Of a stretch of 64,000 bases of DNA, positions 52,601 through 63,514 are shown one piece after another. Each line of letters starts with the position of its first letter. The stretch's first letter is position 1. The notes beneath the pieces were generated by a model. It worked only from the letters and a program-made list of their open reading frames with translations. It was not told the DNA's origin and made no database searches. Both the position numbers and the translations under genes were made by a program. The stretch lies in assembly GCF_037042905.1 (NCBI RefSeq), contig NC_087251.1, positions 15,936,001 through 16,000,000 of the forward strand, given 5' to 3'. The stretch comes from Lytechinus pictus (Eukaryota).

Positions 52601-53014
52601 GACAATAGGTGAAAAGGATGCATTAACCAGCAAGTTTGCAAGAATGATTGTTATCTTTATAAGATATGCTGACGGAAAAGAGATAATTAGTTTGCCCCTA
52701 ATATTTATCAAGCTACCATATTAGCTAGAATGTGTTGGTAAATATGAAATCACTTCGTGAATGGGTTCAACAATCACATGAGACATGTCCTTCGGGCACC
52801 CTCAGTAATGGATATGGATACTTTATAAGTTTCATATTATTAACCTAAAAACTAAAAAAAGTTTCATTATTATTATTTAAGTTATTATAATTGTATTTCT
52901 TTTTAAAATATGTTTCTGTATTGTTTTATTACAGAGCCAACCACAGAACCACATGCTAAACACAATGAAGAAGAAAATCTTGAAGAATGGCTTGATGACT
53001 ACTTAGATGATTGA
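40679..53014 (+). CDS. AVEN: Cell death regulator Aven orthologue, 6 exons, 342 aa
   Basis: Exons 40679-40885, 45724-45853 (YSRRKVESNWEKYE...RGEDFQKLLS), 49366-49439 (DDASSQLRMKDEVWW), 50617-50721 (LSRRLKCIPLHERLGI), 51806-52238 and 52935-53014 (EEENLEEWLDDYLDD*). Phases 0/1/0/0/1 are consistent, 1029 nt. Motifs match recalled Aven blocks YSKRKIVSNWDRY, GTDFSVLL, SQFRFAEEKEW, LPLCLRL and C-terminal LEDWLD. Confidence 0.9.
41270..42500. mobile_element. Old hAT-like MITE enclosing a purine-rich low-complexity tract
   Basis: CAGGGTAACCAGA ... TCTGGTTAATCATG imperfect termini with AAATACGGGACA subterminal repeats. GAAA/GGAA tract at ~41380-41960. No TSD recognisable. Confidence 0.5.
42743..43342 (+). 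mobile_element. Helentron/HINE-type non-autonomous element
   Basis: T-run then GTCTCGCCTGA subterminal repeat, (GTCT)n microsatellite, tandem GGGTCAAAG units, inverted TCAGGTGAGAC and a 3' hairpin GTGGTTCGTGGACCAC followed by TTGTTT. Confidence 0.7.
43750..45578. mobile_element. Non-autonomous hAT element (1829 bp) in Aven intron 1
   Basis: GTTTGGTC|TAGTGCTGTAG ... TTGCAGCACTA|GTTTGGTC is a perfect 8-bp TSD. Clustered CCGAA/TTCGG subterminal repeats at both ends. No transposase ORF. Confidence 0.9.
46903..47856 (+). mobile_element. Helentron/HINE-type (Tsp/pearl-like) non-autonomous element in Aven intron 2
   Basis: TTTTT-GTCTCACCTGCAT subTIR, short internal IR GTGAGAC, (GGC)n, ~160-190 bp tandem GGTCAAAGGTCA units, inverted ATGCAGGTGAGAC, then GGCCAGAGGCATTCCACTTG-TTTTT. 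Inserted in a T-run. Confidence 0.8.
47990..48900 (+). mobile_element. Possible highly decayed LINE (endonuclease/RT) remnant
   Basis: GC-richer coding-like island with residual peptides ADQLPM (cf. SDHLP) and SSTGYDG (cf. KSTGYDGI). Many stops; no continuous ORF. Confidence 0.3.
49480..50137 (+). mobile_element. piggyBac-like MITE, left end only
   Basis: TTAA|CCCTATCTAGGCCGGGG start with poly-G/poly-C subterminal tract. No matching right terminus seen. Confidence 0.45.
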
Positions 53015-53065
53015 AGTGATTCTGGTTTAACACTTTGCCATTGGTATTTTGATTTTCTAGTTTTA

Positions 53066-54043
53066 CAGCGCATCCCAAAAAATGTCCCTCTGTTATACGG
53101 CTGAATTATTTCAAAAATTGAAAATTATTTCCAATTAAATGTGTTGTATTAGGAAGCTCATCTCATGTCCTAGCTTCTAAAAAAATTTCATTGGTTTTGC
53201 TTCAGTGGTTTTGAATACATAGTCTATTATGTAAGGTGGTGCTTTTTAGTCCATTCCAAGTTTCCATACATGCAGCACTGCTGTATGTTCTGCACTGCTA
53301 AACATATCAACCCCCTTTGATCATTCAGAATCTGATCAGGGAATTCCCTGAGCTGACAGGAAATCTTTATGATCTAACCAGGCTAATCAAATCACAACCT
53401 TGCATGTTCAGAAGGGCAACAACAGTACCTGACACAATTCATTTCAAGTTTGATAATGGGAGATGGACAATGATAGAAACAACAGGTCATGTCTGTTTCA
53501 TGCCTAATTCCAACAATATTGCATTCTTGATTTTATTCCTTTTTAATTAAGTTTATAATGACCAAGTTAATTTACTGTACCTTTTGGAATGAAAAAAATA
53601 AATTTCCTCAAGCAATGTTCGCTTTCGTGAAGTGTGATACACTTGTGATTTGCTCTTCATGGTTCAGCTTATGTACTTATCCAGCATTCATATTTTCTTT
53701 CATCAATCTCCCATCAATCGTCAAGTTAATAATTTGATGAGCCCTGATAGATCAGGGAAATGTCCCTACTCAAGATACTGGATGGTAAATGGGGGTTAAC
53801 ATTCTGAAGACAATGCAGAAATACAGCAGTGCTGCAAACTTGGAATGGGCTGAAATTCCTCACTGTTTCGTAACAGGGTGTGTATTCAAAACAACTGAAG
53901 CGAGACCAAAGAAATTTTCATAGAAGTTTGAAATAAGTTTATGAAATAAGTTTTCTACACCTGTACATTTGATTGAGAATACTACCACATTTTGGAATTA
54001 GTTTAGCCCTATGTCAGAGGTACATTTTTGGAGGGACGCGCTG
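53066..54043. mobile_element. Tc1/mariner-like MITE just downstream of the Aven stop codon
   Basis: TA|CAGCGCATCCCAAAAAATGTCCCTCTG ... CAGAGGTACATTTTTGGAGGGACGCGCTG|TA. Long imperfect inverted arms, e.g. GCAGCACTGCTGTAT / ATACAGCAGTGCTGC. Confidence 0.75.
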
Positions 54044-54772
54044 TAATGGTTTTATTTTTTCTTTTCTTTATTTTCATTTTTTGTGGGGGTGTGATAGAAT
54101 TATACATGTAAGTATTGTACTTTACTTTTCTTGTGAGTGAAAGTGTGCTGCATTTTGCCGTACTTTAAATGAACTTTTGAAGAAAAAAAACCTTTTCCCT
54201 TTGATTGCTAGAATTTCAGCAGATATTATTCAACTCATGTAGGTTATTTGGATTTTGCTCTCCTTTGAAAAAAAATGTTTACAAATTTGACTTCTAAATT
54301 TAGGTGGTTTGAAAAAATATAGAAACCAGTCCATGTTATGAGAAAAAAGATGTATGAAGAATAAGGACATGTGTTTAATTTTTGTACCCTTAGTTTTTTG
54401 TTTTTTTCTTCCATGTTTGAATTGACTTGAGCTTAAAATGATTTATTCATGAAATATGCTGAATCGTTATACTGAGATGAAGAAGAGGAATAACAATTGC
54501 TCTCATGACTTTCCATGATTTTTATTCTTGTAAAAACAGATATGGTCCATAATTAATACCTATTTATACTTGAGTAGGGTATGTCATTTTGTGAACAATC
54601 CCTGATGATGATGATGATGATGATGCGTTTGTGGTGTATTTATTTTGTACTTTTTGGGGGTGGTTATGCATGATATATTTCCCTTCATTCATAAAGTACA
54701 AAAGATAAATTGTTAATAAGTAACATGAAATGATATATCCCCTGTATTTTTACATCTGAAAGGATGTCATGT

Positions 54773-54866
54773 CATAACCACCTCCAGATATGATCTAAAC
54801 ACACCTTGTGCAGAGGACATATTCTCTGTACAAGATGTGTTTTGATCATCTCTGGAGGTGGTTATG
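54773..54866. other. 94-nt near-perfect hairpin (pre-miRNA-like or tiny MITE)
   Basis: CATAACCACCTCCAGATATGATCTAAACACACCTTGTGCAGAGG pairs with TCTCTGTACAAGATGTGTTTTGATCATCTCTGGAGGTGGTTATG across a short loop. Confidence 0.7.
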
Positions 54867-57800
54867 CAATGATAGCTCTGCAGTCATTAAGTACCAATGA
54901 CAAATACTTAATCAGTAACATTTGTACAAACTTGATAGAAGGAATGTTCTTTGTAAACCAGAAAGAGGATTCATTGAAAAATACACAAATATTAGTTAGC
55001 GGCTGTTGTATATATTTAAAAAGAAAAGACAGGAAAAAAATCTTATCAGCCATGAAATAGAAATGATCAAACTGTAACTGTTGAAACAGGAATGTCTGAT
55101 AATGAGGCCAAGGTGTGGAATAGACCATATCTGTTAATGCAAAAATTGTTGTGGCATGTTAGCAACTTGGCATAAGCATATATACAAGACCATTTCTTAA
55201 TCTTGTTGACAATTTTGTAGATTTCATGAACAATCCACACCATTGAAATTGGGGCAATACATGTTTTGCATTGAAGGGTAGGGTATGTATTGGTATTCAT
55301 CTGTGATTACTATTGAGTTTAAAATAGGTTTATATAGCTTTGACAAGCAAAAATTGTAACTTCTCACCTTTTATATTTTATTTCAAAGTTATGCTTTTCG
55401 TTTTCTTCAAATCAAGTTGTTGGGGGGTGAAATTGACCTTAAACAGACATTGATACAGCAGTAGTTCATAAAATGCAAAATATCATGTGCTATCATATCA
55501 TGTACGCTAAAGGGTGAATTTGTGAGACTGGTGAGTGAAATCACCAACACCAAACTGGCCTTTTCTGTTCTCTTCTGAAAATAATGACAATAAACCATCT
55601 GGTTTATTGTCATATTATATTTGGGAGGTCTGATATGGTGTATCTACAGTGCCATTTGAAAATTTTCCCCAAAGTTACTGTCTCTTGATATACATGTCAT
55701 AAAATTCAGAAAATTGAACTGGTACAGCTGCATGGAGAATTATTCAACTCTGTGGTATAGTGAGTACTTGTATGTATTTTTGCAAAATTTCAAACTTTGG
55801 TTATGGAAAGAAGCACCTGCATAACATGAACCAAATTATCAAATTCTCGACAAGACATAGCTTTTGATTTAATAAACATTAGGAATCGAGTTCTTTCTTG
55901 GATGAACAGAAATGGTTGATTAAGTAAATTAATGTCATATCATACCTTTCTATGTTGTTCATTCACGTTATAAGGACATAACATGCCTTAAGTACATACA
56001 ATTCATAGTATGTCAAGCAGCATTACTACTTTTCAAAAATGTGATTTAAGAAATAATATTCAAGTGAAAATTTCCTCCAGTAAATTTGTACATGGGTTGT
56101 ACCTGAGATTCAATTCCAATTCCTGTCAAAATTAATTAAAATTTTAGATAATGATCAAGTTATTCTTGAATGTTTACAAATGATGCTCCTCACAGGATTG
56201 AAAATAAAATAATTTGCTCAATTATTCATGCATGTATCTTTTCATGCATGAATGAACATGATTCCTTATGTTGATTCTATCAAAGGCTATTTTCTTGCCT
56301 TTAATTTAATAGATAATATGGTTGATGTTAGATATAGTATGCGTTTCATTCCATAACCAAAACTTGCAAAAATATGTACTTATACTATGAGGTTGAATAT
56401 TTCTGCATGCAACTGTGTATCATGTTACAGAATACGATATGATAGACTGCTGCACCAATTTCTGACATGCTGACTTGCAGCAGCCAATGTCGCTGAGAAG
56501 GGGTAATCCACCCAGCTATCCCACCCCTGTCTTTATTAGCTGTTTTTAATTGTACCAGAATTATCAGGATAGTTAGTTTTAAAGAAAATAGAAGAGGATA
56601 ATAAATTTAGAGGAAATATGTTTTTCAGACACTTCAACTGGATTTATTATGGAGATGGGTAGTTGGGATTTGGGGGGCAACTTGGAAAAAACTGATCATC
56701 ACCCTGAAAAGCGAGTTGATGGGCAGTAAGTGATGGAAAATGTTTTTAAATTTGATAAAGTTTTAGTTATCCTTTGTTATACCTGCCTTTGTTTTCTCTT
56801 ATCTCGGAAAAAAATTGTTCCACTGGATAAGGGTTGACCTGACCCTGCAAGGTCTGCCATTTGTCACTTTTATGTTTCAATAATTAAAATTTTGGTTCTT
56901 TACCAATTGCATTTCAGTACTCATAGTCATCAGCATACAATATTATTAGTGTTGGTTTGTCTTGTCACTTCCCAGTTATGTGACAGCCACCAGCTGTAAA
57001 GTTAAGGGAAAAAGAGGAAAGAAAAAAACGGATTATATGGATGAGAAGAAAAGGAAAAGGGGAGAGTTGAGTAACTAAAGTAAGGTAGAGAGCTAAGGAG
57101 AGAGAGATGTAACAAATGGGAGAAAGAGTTTGGATATACACTGTATATGGTTGGATCAGTGAGGGAAGGCTAAAGATACAAGAGAGAAGGAACAGAGAAA
57201 CTAATGAAGAAAGTGGGGGGAAGATAGAGGAGGAAGTAATTGAATATAGAACGGAGGGAGAGGGTGAAGAAGAAACGGAGAAGTGAGAGGACAACTGATA
57301 CTAAATTAGGATGAATAAAATTAAGAGGGGAAAAATATTTTTAGCTAAATTGGTAAGTTAACTGCAATATTTGCAATTAAATAGAAAGTTCAATGAATAT
57401 TTAATCGACAGAGACTGTCAATCGACATTCTATGGTCATGAATGTGTTCGGTGATTCTTTCCCAAAACATAAAGACACTAGAAAATTTAACCAGAATCCT
57501 TAACTCTTGCCTTTTTGGTAACAAAAATATGAAGATTTCTCCATTCACAAGAATTACCCCAATGGCTGTCTTTACGACTTGGTATTATGGTGTCAATTTA
57601 CCTTTCTAGATTGAACATCATTCATACCTAATAAATACAGACAACAGTAAACCATATTTTCAACCCAAATTTTGAACTAACCACTTTTTTTTATTGTAAA
57701 ATAAAATTCTGAACTAATATCTTATCTGCGAAAGCCAACCAACCTTAAGGATTTTTTTAACATTCTTTCCCAAGGAATAAACTTTTTTTTTTTGGGGGGG

Positions 57801-58494
57801 GGGGGCAAAAACTGGGCATAATCAACTAAACCATAAATGAGGTCTATTGACCTTGTGGGATAGGGTATTCTCTGAAATACAAATGAAGAAAGAAACTATT
57901 TGTACCAAGCTCTTGCCATCTGCCACCCCCAAATTATCATTTTTTTCCCTTGCCCCTTTTTGTTTTGCCTTTCCAAGGCCAATATGTCACTAATATAAAA
58001 ACGAAGAAAGCGACCTCAGACAAAATAGACTTTCTTTAACATTATACATGTAGTTCTTCCAATTCCGGGGGTATATCTCTGTGCAAGAATAAGCGGCTTG
58101 CTGTCAATATAGGCCTCCAACATTCAAAATAGATCTATTGACCTAGCGCGGAAATATTTATATACTGAAGAGAAAAAAAAACGGTTCTTGTGATTTGCAA
58201 ATGTATGTTTTGAGTAGTGTAGGGCCCTACCCCTGGGCATACGTTTATGGTAATACAGGAATAGCCAACTGTGTATCGGTCTTCCAGGTCGTTTACATCT
58301 GAACTTTGCATTTTGTGACTCAAAAAGAAAGAAAGGAGAGTGAACAAGGAAATACAAACAAAAAATGAAACGGAAAGAAAAGAATGAAGGAAGAACATGA
58401 ATGGAAGTAAGAAAAAGATACAAGGAAAGAAAGAAGAGGAAAAGGAAAATCTAAATCCCCCTTTTCTCTTATTCATTATTGCTCGTATCTTCCA

Positions 58495-61400
58495 GACTAC
58501 TGATGATCGCCGATGGGGGGGGGGGCGAAATTGATTTGTTTGTTTCTTTGAAGGGGCAGTCATGACAGTCACTTCTGATAAAACAACATAAATATCATCT
58601 CATAAGACCTGTTCAAATAGTGCGAAGCGCGAGCTATTCTATTTATTTTTTTTAATTAAACATTTTTGGCAATCTTTGTGATCCTGAACAAGATATGTAT
58701 TGTAACTAAATAATTACTGCGAGCGCTAAGCGCGAGCAGAACTTTTTAATATACGTTCTGGACTGATCGAAACAGAACCTGTAAAGGACTGTTTGCAATT
58801 AGCCATGAAGACGATACATATTTTAACAATCAAATATTGCAAGCGCGAGCTGAAAATTGTTGACATTCCACCCTAAAAAATGGACACTTAAGCACTTTGT
58901 AATCATGAACAGGATAGGTATATAGCTGAACAATGCGATCGCGAAGCGCGAACGAAAAAAAAAATATTTGAACCTAATAGCGGGACACTATTCATATTCA
59001 TGTGAACCATGAAAAGAATTGGTAATTGGTATCTTCCTTCATTAATAATGCAAGCGCAAAAACATATTTTTTTTTATATCCTGATCTGAAACTGAATAAT
59101 TTTCATGCACGTTTTAAACAAAGAACAAGCTGCATAGTCTACATTATTTTATCATGAAAATCTATAATGCGAACGCGAAGTAAGAGCTGAAAATATTTGA
59201 TATTCCGATCTGAAAAGGGTAAATTTAAGTGGATATGGATCGCACACAATAAATGATGAGAGTGCGAAGCGCTAGCTGATATTTTTATTATCATTATTTT
59301 TTGTCATCATATGACAATGATGACTATTATCCTATTCCTCTTTCTAAGCGTGAGATGAATCTTATCGATATTCCGTTCTGAATAAAGAACAATTTAATCA
59401 TTAGGAATTAACGAAAATGTTATCTTATTTATTAATCTAATAAGCCTAGTGAGAGCGCGAAATTTGTTGATTTTAAGGTCTGGAAACTGGACATTTTGAG
59501 CACTTGTAATTATAATTATATTTTGATTTTGTAATTATAAATAGGGCATGGGTTAATATAACATTTAATGCGAGCGCAAATCGCTATCCGATTTTTTTAA
59601 ATAAATTGTATAAAAAGGGGATCTTAAGTAGTTTTTCATAGAATTGATATAGAGGCATGGGCGGAAATCTGTCCCGTAAGGCAGGGGGGACAACAGGGGC
59701 TGACCCGGCCTTCGCCAATATAGGGGGGGGGGGGCGAAAATGTTTTCAGCCATATGTTAATCCCCGATCGGCCGCTTGAAGGTAATTTTTGTCTGTTTCA
59801 TTGAAGGAGTAGTCCTCATGGTCACTTTTTAGCTTTATTTTATTAAATCAACATAAATATATAATATTGTCCTTAATTATATAATGCGACCGCGAAGCGC
59901 GAGCAAAAAAAAATTGGGCAAATTCATGTATTTTTTCCTAAAATTTGAACATTCTGGGCAATGTTTGTTATCCTGAAAAAGATATATATACAACTAAATA
60001 TTAACTACGAACGCGAAGTGCGAGCAGAGGGTAACTGATGGAAGAGGTACCTGTTAAAGACTGCTTGCAGTTAGCCATGAAGATGTTACATATTTCAGCA
60101 ATCAAATAATGCTAGCACGAATCGCGAGCTGAAAATTTTTGACATTTCTACAAAAAGAATCGACAATTTTAATCAATTTTTGTAATCGTGAACAGGGTAG
60201 CTATATAACTAAACAATTGATGCAAGCGAAGCGTGAGCAGAAAAATTCGAGATTTAGACCTAAAACGGGACCTAAAAACGGGACACTCTACTCATGTTTT
60301 GTAAATCATGAAAAGGGTAATAGGGGATCTTTCTACATTAATAATGCGAGCACAAAGCGCGAGCAGAAAATTTTTGATATTGTGATCTGAAACTGGATAA
60401 TGATTGAAATAGAGAACAAGTTGAATATCTGAATAAACATGCGCGTGTTTCAGATTTAGACCTAGAATCTCGGCATTCTACACATCTATCACCGAGCGCG
60501 AAGCGCGAACTTAAACTATTTGATATTCCGATCTGAAAAAAGAGTAAATTTTAGCTATATATTTCAAGCACTTTGTAGGAAAATTGTGAGGTGGATATGG
60601 ATCATTAAATTAATATCTTATGTATTAATGCCTAATGAGGGCGAGAAATCTGATGATATTATGGCTTGAAAACTGGACATTTCAAGCACTTAAGTAATTA
60701 TGAATAGAATGCATCAGTTGAAATATTTTTTTAACCGTTAATGCGAGCGCAACTCGCGAGCCAAAATCTTTGATAAACTCTCATGAAAATCAATATTGAG
60801 ACATACATAAATCGCCAATCAAAATGCGAGTAGCGCTATCTGCTACGTTTTGACAATCAGACTTGCAAAGGGATATTTTTCAAAACTAAATGGAATACAC
60901 AAAAATAATAGGTTCTGAATAAATCGAATTTTGCAAGCGCTCAGTGCGAGTAGAAAATGTCAATATTCAGACCATAAAGCTGTCTCTTTTACAGAGCACT
61001 TTTTGAAAAATCAGTTTGTATATTTCCCCAAAAACTAATGAAAGTCCGATTTCCGAGGTGAAATGTATAATGTATATTGACTTCGAAACTTGATATTTAA
61101 GCTCCATATTGAAAAATCACCTAACAGGCAATGCGAGCGCGAAGTGTGAGCGAAAATTTCATATAGTGACATGAAAGATTCTTTTTATTTTCCAAGTCTT
61201 CCCCTCATCTTATTTTATTCACTCTGGAAAAATTGACAAGCAAAAAAAACCAAAGGTTTTCACTCAAAATGTAAGGTCATTTAGTCCAAAATACATGTAT
61301 TATAATTGTTTCAAATGTGATTGATGCATTTTTCTCCATCATAAAAGACCAAAAAATAGTAGGGGGACATTTGATATTGCGTCCCCCCTACTATTTTTGG

Positions 61401-61659
61401 TAGGGGGGACACGTCCCCCTGTCCCCCCTGGGATTTCCGCCCATGTATAGAGGTATAACTCACCAATCAAGATTTGATACTCTGACTATGAAACGAAAAT
61501 TTTACAGAGCACTTAAAACAAAATCAATTGAAAAATGTATAGTGACATGAAATATATCTATTTTTTTAATTTTCCAAGTCACCTTGATTATTCACTCGTC
61601 TTCCTCTTCTTTTTTTTCCTCGTATTTTTTCTCCTCTCTTTTCCCTTCTTATTCTCTTT

Positions 61660-61660
<1 letters not shown>
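58495..61660 (+). mobile_element. Older GCGAGCGCGAAGCGCGAGC-family MITE interrupted by a younger hAT insertion and ending at the Tx1 insertion site
   Basis: Colinear with 13.1-15.1 kb. The sequence resumes after 61453 (TATAACTCACCAATCA) as in the uninterrupted copy, and its pyrimidine tail (TATTCACTCGTCTTCCTC...) runs into (TTTC)n. Confidence 0.7.
59656..61445 (+). mobile_element. Non-autonomous hAT element with perfect 8-bp TSD, nested
   Basis: TATAGAGG|CATGGGCGGAAATC ... GATTTCCGCCCATG|TATAGAGG. Confidence 0.9.
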
Positions 61661-61703
<43 letters not shown>

Positions 61704-61705
61704 TC
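61656..61705. repeat. (TTTC)n microsatellite at the Tx1 5' junction
   Basis: Direct reading. Confidence 0.9.
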
Positions 61706-61914
61706 GTGAGGTAGTTGTGTTTTTTTCGAGCTCCGGTTTTTCTGGTTTTTCACTGATTTATATGACCATTTGGTCCTTGATTTTTGTACCATTACAATTG
61801 TGTTGGGTTATAGATTGATATAGTCTCGATCCTCCTTCGTCAGGTTTACCAATTTTAGTGTTTTTTAAACACATTTTCTGTTATTTTTTGTAAGGTTTCT
61901 AGACTGGTTCGTAC

Positions 61915-63460
61915 ATGGCCAGTCAAGCAAACCAACGTAGTGTACAGGGCCAGCGTACCACAAGTGCAGCTGGCCCTTTGTTAAACAATGTAGGACATTT
62001 TAAAAATGTCACCCGTCACAATGGTGTAAGCTTTCAAGCTATTGAAAATGTAACGATACAATCTTATATCAATGTCTTTACTACAACTATACCCGCTAAT
62101 GACGTAATATCTGCCTCTCGCATCTCTAATGGTCGCATAGCTGTGTATCTAAAATCAAAAGAAGCTGTTATCAATGCTGTACAAAAAGGCCTTGAGTATG
62201 AGGGGGCCTTTCTTGAACTAACCCCCCTTGTACGGCCCACTACTCGAGTCATTTTATCTAATGTATACCCAGAACTACCGAATTCTGTCTTGACTGAAAA
62301 TCTAGCACCTTTTTGCAAAGTTGTGTCCGACTGCAAACCAATACCTCTATCGATTTAAAGACAAACGTCTAAACCATATTATGAGTTTTAGAAGGCACGT
62401 TCAAGTGTTAGTGAAACCTAACACAACACTTCCAGATAACATTAATTTCGTGTTTTCAGGTATGAACTATCGTGTTTTTATTTCAACTGAGTCAGTCAGA
62501 TGTTTTAACTGTGGTGAATTTGGTCATATTTCCCGCAATTGTAAGAAACCTCAAACAAGCACAAATACTAATCAGTCAAAGACAAACGCTGCCCCAGTTT
62601 CAAATGACACGAGAGTGCGCCAGCGCGGATCCTCCCCGCCCCTCACTACGGTTTCGGACCCCATGCCACCATCACCTCCCCCCTTGGCGGCAACTACAAT
62701 GCCCCCACCTGTACCCACCTCCTCTGATTTCCCTAGTTTACCACCTCGTGATTGTGGGCCCCTTTCTACCTCAGCCACCCCCTCGCGCATCAGGAAGCCT
62801 CAATCCTCCCCACTGCACATACCTCTGACATCACCTGCTCAGCCGTCCAGCAATTCAACTACCACGCCCATAGTCGTGTCCTCCAAGTCCCCTCCCCCCA
62901 AATCTATTTCTGCGTGCCCTTCGCCTGTGTGGAAAACTCCCCCATCACCTGTCCGAACTTTCTCTGAAGTTGTTTCAAAACGTAAGCAACTAACACCCGA
63001 ATCAAACGAAAACAATACTACTCTTACTACACTGAAGGCCCCCTCTCCTCTTCGGAAAGTGGCCAGGAAAGCTCCCTCCTCCCAAACCGAAACCGTAGAC
63101 TCTCCAACCTTGACGCAAGTCCTTGACTCCCAAACCCCCAATATCCCTCCTACCCCATCCTCCACAGTTGGAGATTCATCTACCGACACTGACCCCATGA
63201 CTTGGGAAGATGCCCAAACGGATGAAGATGTCCCGAAGGAAGATGCACTCCCATTGACTCAAGGCCCCCTCTCCCAAGGCCAAATTGTGAAATTTCTGTC
63301 AAACGTAAAAGGGCGGAAAAAGCCTGCCCAGATTGCACGGAAATATACATCAAATATTCCAGGGCTAGTTAAACAATTAAAGCCCCTGAAAAACAGCCCC
63401 CTAGTAAAACGTAACATGCAGCAGAGGATATACAAATTGATCAGCACTCTGGAGAGCTAA
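61915..63460 (+). CDS. Tx1-type ORF1p (gag-like nucleic-acid-binding protein), +1 frameshift near 62350
   Basis: SASRISNGRIAVYL, LSNVYPELPN, IPL/FKDKRLNHIMSFRRHVQV and zinc knuckle CFNCGEFGHISRNC, then a Pro/Ser/Thr-rich region. Split over two frames (61915-62358 and 62321-63460). Confidence 0.85.
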
Positions 63461-63514
63461 TTCCTTTTTACCTTCTCTCCATTCATTACGTACGCTCAAG
63501 TTGCTATAGCCATA

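Noticed and set aside
62350..62362. Programmed -1 ribosomal frameshift at TTTAAAG in Tx1 ORF1
   Set aside because: The heptamer is out of phase with the upstream frame, and the shift needed is +1, not -1.
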